A stretch of 58,483 bases of DNA, the filler included, from Squatina squatina (taxonomy: Eukaryota): assembly GCA_031763465.1 (NCBI GenBank). It is 3 parts of 3 records of this genome, joined end to end, with 100 filler letters (N's around TTAATTAATTAA, not from the genome) between each part and the next. Parts side by side here need not be neighbours in the genome. Positions count along the whole stretch, not along the records: positions 1 to 31,321 come from JARFOE010000004.1; 2 more parts are not named here. One strand, written 5' to 3'. Of this stretch, positions 13,350 to 23,172 are shown in pieces. The position numbers and the translations under genes are program-made. Each line of letters starts with the position of its first letter. Within the stretch, counting starts at the first letter, position 1. The notes under the pieces were generated by a model. It saw only the letters and a program-made list of their open reading frames with translations, was not told the origin of the DNA and searched no databases.

Positions 13350-13704
13350 GTGAAGACAGAACCAAAGTATGTATTTAATTGGTCTGCCATTTCTTTGTTC
13401 CCCATTATAAATTCCCCTGATTCTGATTGTAAAGGGACCTACGCTTGTCTTCACTAATCTTTTTCTCTTTACATATCTATAGAAGCTTTTAGTCAGTTTT
13501 AATGTTCCCCGCAAGCTTACTCTCATACTCTATTTTCCCCCTCTTAAATCAATCTCTTTGTCCTCCTTTGCTGAACTCTAAACTGCTCCCAATCCTGAGA
13601 TTTACTGCTTTTTTTGGCCAATTTATATGTCTCCTCCTTGGATCTAATGCTCTCCCTAACTTCCCTTGTAAGCCACGGTTGAGCCACCTTTCCTGTTTTT
13701 ATTT
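13350..13704 (-). mobile_element. CR1 LINE ORF2 fragment; its 5'-truncated end abuts the proviral integrase
   Basis: KSFYRYVKRKRLVKTSVGP...IMGNKEMADQLNTYFGSVF, the typical CR1 ORF2 linker between endonuclease and RT. Confidence 0.9.
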
Positions 13705-14180
13705 TTGAACCACTCTCTGAAGGGAGCGCTAGCTAAAGCTATACAGGAGACCGGACGCGGCTGGGCGGATTTGTTGCCCAGCATACCGATGGGCCGACGG
13801 GCCCCCCGAGCAGGGCGACCGGACTGATGCCGGGCAGGGAGCAATGAGATTACCAGAGGATGTAGTAACAGGAAGCATGGAGGTGGGGCTGGTGACAAGA
13901 GAGAGAGAGGGAGAGAGGTTCGTGAAGGAGCTCTGTATGCAGTTACGTGGGTTAAAGCAGGAGGTGAAGGATCAACAAGCAATTCAGGGCATGGGAAGGG
14001 ATTGGGCGGAGGAGAAAGCCCAGGTACCAGGAGTAGGGGGAGAAGGTGATGGTGAAGATAGTACCAGCCAAAGCCGGGTTCGCCCCCCTCCACGACAAGC
14101 GGTACATGCGCATGCGTAGAGATGGGGGGACGGTGGAAACACTGGTCACAGATAAAACCCCTCACTCTGGCAGTGGAATA
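13705..14180 (+). pseudogene. pol: Integrase core end and C-terminal domain (frameshifted, small deletions)
   Basis: LNHSLKGALAKAIQETGRGWADLLPSIPMG.RA...TGL.P...GRAMRLPED matches the post-catalytic IN motif N.TLK..L.K....W...LP..L...R...TG.SP...GR.M. Then VG.KVMVK..P...F.P and CVEMGGRWKHWSQIKP* (W.H.S..K motif). Confidence 0.85.
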
Positions 14181-14207
14181 ATAAGGTCCCCTGGTGACGA
14201 TCGGGAG

Positions 14208-14227
14208 ATCTCTTCTTCTACCCACAG
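14208..14227 (+). promoter_or_regulatory. env splice acceptor
   Basis: Polypyrimidine tract plus CAG (tctcttcttctacccacag|), about 30 nt upstream of the env ATG at 14259 and just after the IN stop. Confidence 0.6.
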
Positions 14228-14258
14228 ATCGAACAGGCAGGAGCGACGTTTAGAAAGA

Positions 14259-16066
14259 ATGCGGAAGCTCGTAAGCCCCACAATCCTATAGGGATGTCTG
14301 GCAGCGATGACCTTAGGAAAAGGCACGTCTGAGGAGCGCGGAGACATCTGGTGACTGCACTACACGGATTCGAGTGACATCAGCTGCGACCAAGAGTGGG
14401 GAGCGCTAAATGTGACGGTTGATAAGCGGGTGTTCTTACATTGTAAAAGCGGTTTGTTAACATTAGCGAGCGTGGACCCAATCACTGGGGGTGCAGATGG
14501 CGCATACACCGGAGACTATTCCAATGTAGGGATGGAGAATAAGTAGGAGAATATGGCTGAGCTATGTTTCAGTAAAACGGGGGGCTGGGAAACCACTGTA
14601 GATTGCGTAACGACAAATGAGGCAAGGGTAAACTGTGACACTGGATTCACTATGTTCATGTAGAAACTGGCGTAAGAGGGGACTTGTCAATGATGTGTTG
14701 ACAGGAATAAATACGGGAACGTCGTGGTAAATTGGATAGACATCAGAGAAGTAGATAGTAAATTGCAGACCCTGAGGGGAGCCCTCAAGGGGATAAACAA
14801 GCAAGAGCAAGTGATATTGCAGAAAGGGAGCAAGGGAAGCCAGGCTCTGGCTACTTTGATTGGCGACATAGTCACGGTGCCGGAAACACACGCTCACCAC
14901 ATCAACCAGATTATCCACCAAGGCCATGCCGCCTCAAAAGGGAGCAGCTCGAAATGACCTATGCATGGCATATGGGAGCTGGATGGCAGGGGAAACTCGG
15001 GAGAATTTTAAGCTGATAAGCGAAGGTAAGATACCGAATTGGGTCAATGACACCGTCCTACGGGGGTTGGCCGAAGGAAGCCAATTGTTGAATGACTGTC
15101 AGTTGCGTGGATTGTACATACTGCCAGACCACTGTACCAGTATTAAAGGGCAGACATTGATACACTTCCTGGTGACCATACCAGCTTTACCCCAGAATGT
15201 GGGAGCGCAGAAGGTATCTAGAATAGAAAACGTAGGTGTAGAGCAAGGAGGTTATATTGTAGGATATGCACATATGCCAGAGTCTGCAGTCCAGACAGAT
15301 ACAGGGCTGATCAGCACTAGCCTAAAGGGGTGCACCAGAACACCTGCAGCCCGGGTATGTCCCCACCCAATCTACCACACTGACCAATGTGCGGATTTAA
15401 TTCCACAAAGAAGGTGAACTGCACATGGAGGCCATACCTGTCACCATGGTACCCACCAGGATGGCGCACCAGGGGCGCTGATGATACTGCATGAGTACCG
15501 CGGCTGGATACCTGGTCCACAGCGGGCAGATGTGCCCAATACAGAGGAAGGACTACTGTTTCCACCGGTCACAACCAGGGAGGGTCGGAGAAATATCCTT
15601 CAAGGTAATACGGGAACGAAAGGATGAACATTTGAACGTCACCGACAAGATAAAGGGTGACCTACTTAACTATGAGGTGCAGTTCGGTTACGAGATACCG
15701 GACCTCCCTGAACACTTCAGGGAGTTAAGACAGGCAGCCAAGAAGGTGGTCCGACTATTCTATCAGCTAGAACAACGAAGCGCAAGGCTGGAGGAAACGA
15801 CCGAGAGTATCGATGAATCGAGTTGGCGGGATGACCTATGGAACTGGGGCGTAAACTTACAGGTCCACCCCTGGATCAGGATAATATTGCATGTGCTAGT
15901 CATGATGCAGCTTATTTTAGCACTAGGATCCATATATTACACTCGCATACAATGTGGACAGTTTAAGAAGTGGAGAAGGGCACAGGAACACACAAGTATA
16001 AACGGGTATGCGCGGGTGATCAGGAAGAACGCATCAAGGAAGCATGTGCAGATAGCATCGGTGTAA
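14259..16066 (+). pseudogene. env: Envelope glycoprotein with class I F-type layout (decayed: several stops and frameshifts)
   Basis: Signal peptide MRKLVSPTIL*GCLAAMTLG. About 140-aa N-terminal subunit, then furin-type RNWRKR| at 14662-14679 and fusion peptide GLVNDVLTGINTGTS/VVNWID. Heptad-like IREVDSKLQTLRGALKGIN, GKIPNWVNDTVL, a Cys-rich region, a second helix (LRQAAKKVVRLFYQLEQRSARLEETTESI), Trp-rich SWRDDLWNW, TM IILHVLVMMQLILALGSIYY and a basic tail. Confidence 0.85.
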
Positions 16067-16186
16067 ATGGGACATGAACCTGAACTTGGGGACTTGCTGC
16101 CAGTCACCAGGGGAGGGGAAATGTCTCAGACATTACCGATGCCCAGAGCAGTTAGGTTGGCAACCCTGGGTGATTGCCAGGGAGCC

Positions 16187-16199
16187 AAAAGGGGGAAGC
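16187..16199 (+). promoter_or_regulatory. Polypurine tract (plus-strand primer)
   Basis: AAAAGGGGGAAGC immediately before the LTR-initial TG at 16200. Confidence 0.8.
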
Positions 16200-16796
16200 T
16201 GTAGTAGCCATGATGGGGCAAGCAAGTTAAGAAAGAGTTACTAAGTTATGCAAGCCTTGACAAAGCCTTAGCAACCACAGGTAATAAGATAGCAGGGGGA
16301 GGGAGGGGCTCCCTGCCTGACAGCAGCTGTGCTCAAAAGACAAGGGAGCGGAAGTGCAGGTATAAATATGCAGAAACTAGCTGTGGCCTAAAGACAGGTA
16401 ATCAGGCCAGGATGTCCTTGGGCATTCAGTAAGTGAGGTGCGAAATGGGTTCGTTACCGGCCTATAGACAGGTAATCAGGCCAGGATGTCCTTGCACATT
16501 CAGTGATTAACGTGCAAGACAAGAGCCCGATAGTAGCAGAGCAGGATGTGAGGAGCCACGTACCTCTTGTACAAAAAAAATGAGGTAATGAATCAAATAA
16601 GGAAGAAGCATCGTGTCACAAACCCTACAGGAGCATCCCATGTATAACAGCTTGTGTATAAGTGTAGAGGCACGTGCTCTGTAAGTTTAGAACTTCTCGG
16701 GAGACTATTCCAAGGGTTCTCCCTGCTCGAGCTTGAAATAAATGCATTGAAGCCGAAGATCGAGTCATATCTTAATTTGGAAAGATGTTCCCTACA
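16200..16796 (+). repeat. 3' LTR (597 bp)
   Basis: Terminal inverted repeat TGTAG...CTACA; 74-bp-period direct repeat in U3 (16385 and 16459); TATA-like TATAAG near 16657; AATAAA at 16737-16742. Confidence 0.8.
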
Positions 16797-18469
16797 AAAG
16801 TCGGGACTGGTTCTGCTGGGGCCCAATAATGCAAAGACAATCAATGTAACATGGCCTCTGCTGTGTTTTCCTGCTGTTGTCACTGTTCAACCCCAGGAGA
16901 CATGAGCCCAGTCATCAAGCATTTTACGGTGGGTGATGGGGGCCTAGAATTCTTTGGGAACCCAGAGCCTGGGCCAGCACTCAAGGAAATTTGCATTGCA
17001 CAGGCCAAAGAAAGGCTTTTTGTGCAGAGAGAAAGAGAGACAGCACGACTGGAGGCAGTCCACAACCTGATATGAATACATTCATGGCTGAATTTTCCAC
17101 CTAATTTTTTCATAACATTCTCCCAGTAGATTGTGTGCCTTGTCTTAGAAAAAGTCAGAGCTAATAACCATAACTACCCCATTCCTGCCATTAAAAACAC
17201 ATTTATTTTGCCAAAGCATCTTTCTCTTTATGCTGGGTAATAAAGTTGAATAGATTTAATGGATTAACAATTGTGAATTATCATTTTTCATGACCAGAAT
17301 GTTATATTAAATACTTAATTATTCATTGCTAATGCTTGTCGTGGTGAAATATAATTTCCTGTAATTCAGAATACATCAGATGTGGCTTTTCTTCTTTGAG
17401 GTTAATGGACAAGCCCTTAAAACCATTAATGTTTCTAAATATGTCACCTCGTATGTCACAATTTCCTTTGTGAACTAAAGCAATGAAAGAAGCTCAACCT
17501 TTGCAGGCATCTGCAGAGGTCAATGTGGCGTATTGACATTTAACTTGTCTGTAAGGCAAGGCTTCCAAAGGTGACATGAAAGGTTTTGAACGGACACCTC
17601 AAATAGCACATTCAAATACATGTGTAGTTAGATTGAGTCTGTATTTATGCATTAACAATACTGCTTATATTAGCTATATATTCCGATTTAAGAATAATAA
17701 ATGTGTCCAATTTTAATCAACATACTTAATCCAGCATGCCTGGCAGAACCTGGATGCACAGGAAGTTAAAATCGGGGCACCGACTTACCTTTCAGATTCC
17801 GCTACCTTCCCACAGGATCTAATTTTAACCTGCTGTTTTGTGCAGGCAATCAGGGCATCTGCCAGAGGCAGCGGAGTCCTGATTCAAGTATGGAAGCCGG
17901 CTTCCTATGACGACAAATGGATCCGGTGCTAGGGGAGAACAGGAAAGTAAGTTATTTTTTTTGTCTCCTTGTGGGCTAGAAGGAGCAAGAGCGCTCAATC
18001 CATTGACATCCGTTGTCGAGGCTGAAAGGAAGAGAGCCAAGAAGTGAAAAGCTGAAATGAAAGGAACCCCAGTGTAGAAGTATGAGTCTGCAACCAAAGG
18101 TAAAGCAATCTGGGGCCACAGGGCCACAACTCTGGCACAACATCTGATCCTCTGTTTGCTGGCTGTTTAAGTGGAGTTGGCTCCTCACAAGGTGTTTATG
18201 AGGAAGATAGGCCTGTTCGCCATTTCACCTCACCCTCTGCATGCCAGCAAGGAAGTGGAGACGGGTTTCAGGATGCGGCTGACCATTACTGTCNNNNNNN
18301 NNNNNNNNNNNNNNNNNNNNNNNNNNNNNNNNNNNNNNNNNNNNNNNNNNNNNNNNNNNNNNNNNNNNNNNNNNNNNNNNNNNNNNNNNNNNNATTTTAT
18401 AGTTTCATTAGAAACAATGCCTACTTCCTCCTCTGTAACATTAATAACTTTTGACTTTGCCTAAATGCA

Positions 18470-19075
18470 CCTCTTGCTGAAATCCTCATCTATAACTTGC
18501 TTCTCCAAACTTGACTAGTCTGATGCTCTCCTGGCCAGCCTCCCATCCTGTACCCTCTGTAAATTTCATCTCATTCAAAACTATATTGTCTGTATCATAT
18601 CTTGCACCAAATCCAGCTCATTCATAACTACTTTTCTCACTGACATACATTAGATCATGGTCCAGCAACACAGTCAATTGAAAATTCTCATCCTGTGTTT
18701 AAGTCCATTTATGGTCTTGCCCCTTACTATTTCTGTAACCACCTCCAACACTACAACCCACTCCTGGCCTCTTCATTAATATTACTCTGGCCTCTTGTGC
18801 ATCCCCCACCCGTTTGTCCCACCATTGGCAACTATGCTTTTAGCCATCTAGGCCCACACCCTGGAATTCCCTCTTTAAACCTCTCTGGCTTTCTACCTCG
18901 CTCTTCTCCTCAAGACCTTCCTTAAAATTTACCTCCCTGCCCAAACTTTTGGTCTCACTTCCTAATCTCTCCTTCTGGTTTAGTGTATAAGCCTTCTGGT
19001 TTATACCTCTCTGAAACACCTTGGGATGTTTGTCAACATTAAAAGCAGTACATCATTGCAAGTTGTTGCTGTTAT
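18470..19075 (+). mobile_element. L2/CR1-group LINE 3' fragment
   Basis: Decayed ORF2 end (...KLD..ALLASLP...L..IQN...FKILILCLSP...) and a (gtt)n tail; same family as 28445, 30660 and 41020. Confidence 0.7.
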
Positions 19076-19939
19076 GTACCTGTGGTGACAGTTCTGATAG
19101 AAAAGGATTGTACTGTATTTGATTTTGGTTTAGTGAATTCCAAAAAGAACCAAATGGGTAATAACAGACTTGATAACATTGTATAATTTCANNNNNNNNN
19201 NGATGGTCTATTAAGATAGGTGATCTAATGCAGGTTTAAGTCTGAATCATTCACTGTATTGTTGAGACTGACATTCAGTGAGTTTTAAGACTGATTTCAC
19301 TTCATAACGCTTGGTGCAGGAGATGATAAAACCATATGTATCCTGTTCACAACTAGCTCGTGGCAATGTGCCAGTAAATTAATTAACAGCACAAGAAAGG
19401 TGGCAGAAAAGCATAACTACTCTGGAACAAAGCTGAAACTTTTCAGTGATTTTACTTCATGGAGGAAATGTGAGGGAGATGATCAGTTGAAGCGCCACCT
19501 TTACAAAGAATTAGTGAGATTGCTTAACGAAATAGGAATCCTTCAGCTTTAAGAGCACTTGTTTCCCCATGAAATAAAACCTCAACATGACTCCTAGAAA
19601 AACCTCTTAACTTGAGATTGTAGAACAGATGATATTGTAAAAGAATTCAATTCAGATTTTTTACAATTCCATTTTCAAATGCACATAGGTACATACATAT
19701 ATATTAAATTCAATGTTAAGTTGACATAAGAAGCCTTGAAGTAAGGTTTTATGGACAGGGAGTGCACACCATACCCCAGATTGTTAATAGAAAATAGGTT
19801 TTGCGTTTGTCCGGCTAAATTAATGGGCGTAAAATCAATCGGCTCCGCTTGATTTCCTCTATGCGTTCCGCCCAGACTATTATTTATACCCAAGTGCAAA
19901 ATGTGAAAACATGCCCATATTTCCTCAGGTTGGGGAGTC

Positions 19940-20172
19940 ACTCTCTTGGTGATATTTTAAATTGATGAGGGTTCATAAATTTAAAATATCACCAAGAGAG
20001 TGAGGAGAGGGGTTGTGAGAAATTTCTTTACACAGAGAGTTGTTGGAGCATTGAATGCTTTACCACAAAGAATAGTTGTGGCAGATAACATTGCATGTTT
20101 TAATGGAAAAGTGGATAAATATTTCAAGCAGAGGAAAGCACAGGGCTTTCAGGAGAGTGTGGAGCAGGGTGA
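19940..20172 (+). mobile_element. CR1 LINE 3' fragment
   Basis: VRRGVVRNFFTQRVVGALNALPQRIVVADNIACFNGKVDKYF is the CR1 ORF2 C-terminus. Confidence 0.85.
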
Positions 20173-22154
20173 CTGCTTCTATGCTGTAAGCTTCCATAGC
20201 TCTGTTTCTACTTGTTTTGCTAGCTGGAATTCATGTAACATTAGAGATACAAATGTTCAAACAAAGTCGCCCGGGGTATTGAAATTTCGCTTTTGATGCT
20301 TCTGTGAGTTGACAAGAGGAAGAATCGGAAAACATTTAATGCTATTTTCATTTCACTATGGTAACTGTACTGGGCAATGCTGATAATTTCCAGCTCTGTG
20401 GGTCATTGTCAATGCTGTGGATTTTTCCCTAATAACAAGAAGGAAGAGTTAATATTCTGCTCCAGNNNNNNNNNNTTGTGCTGAATGAACAGTGTTCTGC
20501 ATCATTGCTCCTGTGTCCTTCTATTCACAAGTTTAAATGAAGGCCTCAATTATGTTGTGTGAAAGATCTGGACTTGTTCGGTGGTGCCATAGCCTTTTTT
20601 GTGCTCTTAGACACTGCCAGGATCAACCTTGTTAGACAGCTACCCTCACTATAATTGCCTGTAGCTGCACCCTGTTGCTGTGTCATCCAATGTTCAAGAA
20701 ATCTACTGGAATTCCTTTGCTTCCAGTTGGGACAAAAACAAATCCATATTGAACATCAGAAGCTAATTTCTCCACTGGGTTTTTGGCTNNNNNNNNNNNN
20801 NNNNNNNNNNNNNNNNNNNNNNNNNNNNNNNNNNNNNNNNNNNNNNNNNNNNNNNNNNNNNNNNNNNNNNNNNNNNNNNNNNNNNNNNGACAACAATATG
20901 AATTTCCCACCAAATGAGTCATTTCAAGTTTTTGAATAAAGCTACCTAGAATAATAAACTAATTGAATTCCATCAGGTTCTGGCTGTGTATTATCTAGCA
21001 CTATAATCTATTACTGTACGTTAAGTATTTCAATGTAGTGCAACCATCATGCTAACGTATGAATTGGGTTTTTCTTGGGAGCAAGCTCACAATATTTTTT
21101 CTAGTTTTCTCCTCTTTCTTTCCTCTCCTCCTCAAATCTTGTTGGAGTAAAATTCCACAGGCACCGTCAGCCTTCCAGTACCTCACTCAAGCAGCTGTTG
21201 GTCACGCGTGAATCTAAACAGCGAGTACCGCAGACATTTAATTTGTGAGGCCCAGCCTGGTTCTGTCCTTACCTGATATCCGTTCGCAAGCACTTTCCTT
21301 CAGGATAGTGATCGAGTGGAGGAACTCTGGCTGGATTTTGCCATCTGTAACCCAGGGAGGCTGAAATGAATTGCTGTGTCTCAATTGTTACTCCAGCTCA
21401 GACCACCTAACTGATCACCAAATCTAAGATTGAAGGAGTAATCTTCACCATCTGTATGGCTTTATATCACATCATGTTTATTCACTGAGGCACAGGATAA
21501 TCAACTGGTCCTAATTAGCATTTACAGAAATTGTTTCATAAATCAAATAAAATACAGTCAAATTCCTACAATACATGTAACTGAGTCCTTATTCTTATGT
21601 TCCATATAGAGCACATAGCTGAGATATAGAGAGATCAGTCATTTTATAGCAAGTACTGGTTAGCCTGATTTATATGGCGAGCATAAAATGACATTTAACA
21701 GACTGATGAGAGTTCAGGAGACGCATGATTACCCAGTCTGGCTCACATTTAACTCACAAAAACAACATCCTTACAATTAAATGGCAAAGCATATGGACTT
21801 GGATTGTTTAACAGACTGAAGTAAAGAACAAAGAAAACACAAAGAAAAAACAAAGAGAATGCTGCCAGCAAGTCTGAGCAAGACTGACAACTACCGATGC
21901 CGTGCACTGTTATTAGCTGAGTTACTGATTGTCTAACAACTTTACACACTTATCAAGACAATTCACCAAGAAAGTGTATACAGATGCGCACTTTAATACT
22001 AAAATTATAACTTCAATAACAGAAGTACAAGACTCTAACTACTTAGGAATATGTTTTGCACAGTTTTTTGATCGGGAATTGCAGAAAACTTGGAGGTAAA
22101 TCAAAACTACCATTTTTTATTATTTTTTGTGCTGCTCCATGTTTTCCTCCTTAG

Positions 22155-22465
22155 GTGTCAGCTGTGGCTCAGTGGCAGCACTCCTGCCTCTGAGTCAGAA
22201 GGTTGTGGATTCAGATTCCATACCAGGACTTGAGCACATCAGGTATGACCGAGATGTTGGACTGAGGTCTCGTGCTGTGGCACTGTGGAAAGAAGAGTAG
22301 GGAATCCTGACTAACGTTTCTCCCTCAACCAGCAGCACTAAAGTCAGATTAGCTGGTTGTTGTTTGTAGTTTTTAACTGTGTGCAGAAATGGCTTTTGCA
22401 ATTGTCTACATGATAACAATCGCAAAGTAATTAATTGCATTTGGACCACTCTTAGGTGTTTTAGA
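22155..22465 (+). mobile_element. tRNA-derived SINE (V-SINE/HE1-like)
   Basis: gtcagctgtggctcagtggcagcactcctgcctctgagtcagaaggttgtggattcagattcc, with pol III A-box and B-box-like motifs. Confidence 0.8.
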
Positions 22466-22599
22466 TGATTTCTGTTGCAAGTTCGATACCTGACTCCAGG
22501 TTGTGGATGCAACATAATCATTGTATAGGACCAAGCCCAAATACACACAATGGGTCCGGAATTGGGTGCCTCTGCACCTCCTGTTAGTGTCCCAGGGGT

Positions 22600-23172
22600 G
22601 GTGATGACTTCGACTCCCACTGTATTCGGCAGGAGTTTTACGGTGGCACTACAGTGTTCTGCCCCCATCTCCTTCGCCGGAAGATCGTGACGACATCGTC
22701 GTGCGCATCACCCCGGCACCTACGTTGGGTTTTGCCTGCTGAAGTTGTGCCAGGCAATAACAGCTTCTGGGGCCGTTACCGGGGTGAAATTTAAAGGGGG
22801 GAGTAGCCGGCTGCTGCTGCAAACAAATCTGATGTTTCGCTTCCCGCTCCGGTCGTGCATTGGTCGCGGGGTAGGTGCCTCGATCGCTCAGCCCGGATCT
22901 CTGTTTGGGTGCCAGGCTGATCGCGCGGCACCCCCACTCCCTGGTGCTCCAGGTAGGTGCCTTCTTCTTTTGCAGAATCGGTCCTTTCATTTAATTGAGG
23001 GAAGAGCCCCTTGGACGGGGCAGCGCTGAGGTGTCCGGCCAGTCAACGCCCCAGGAAGGAAGTGGAGCGCTTGCCCCACTTCCTTTCGGGGGCGGTAACC
23101 TGAATTTATCGAGCGGGGCGGGACTTCCACGCCTGGCGCAAAATGCCCCGCCTCCCTAAAGTTATTTGCCCC
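22600..23172. mobile_element. GC/CpG-rich non-autonomous DNA-transposon-like repeat
   Basis: Abrupt GC-rich block ending in ...atttgcccc; similar blocks and ends at 2575-2868 and 57903-58483. Family assignment (Harbinger/MITE-like) is inferred. Confidence 0.45.

Larger units (their letters stand above)
13705..16796 (+). mobile_element. Endogenous retrovirus 3' half (IN-env-PPT-LTR), lokiretrovirus-like
   Basis: Gap-free stretch carrying, in the canonical order: integrase C-terminus, splice acceptor, F-type env, PPT and LTR. Confidence 0.85.

Noticed and set aside
13656-14225. 189-aa minus-strand ORF antisense to the integrase
   Set aside because: Pro/Leu-rich shadow of a purine-rich sense strand; it runs into the CR1 fragment and has no independent support.
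16385-16510. CRISPR-like repeat-spacer-repeat
   Set aside because: Only two units, with similarity extending beyond the core, inside a vertebrate LTR; it is an enhancer-type duplication.
22155-22235. tRNA gene
   Set aside because: The tRNA-like head continues into a SINE body and recurs in degenerate copies; no complete cloverleaf.
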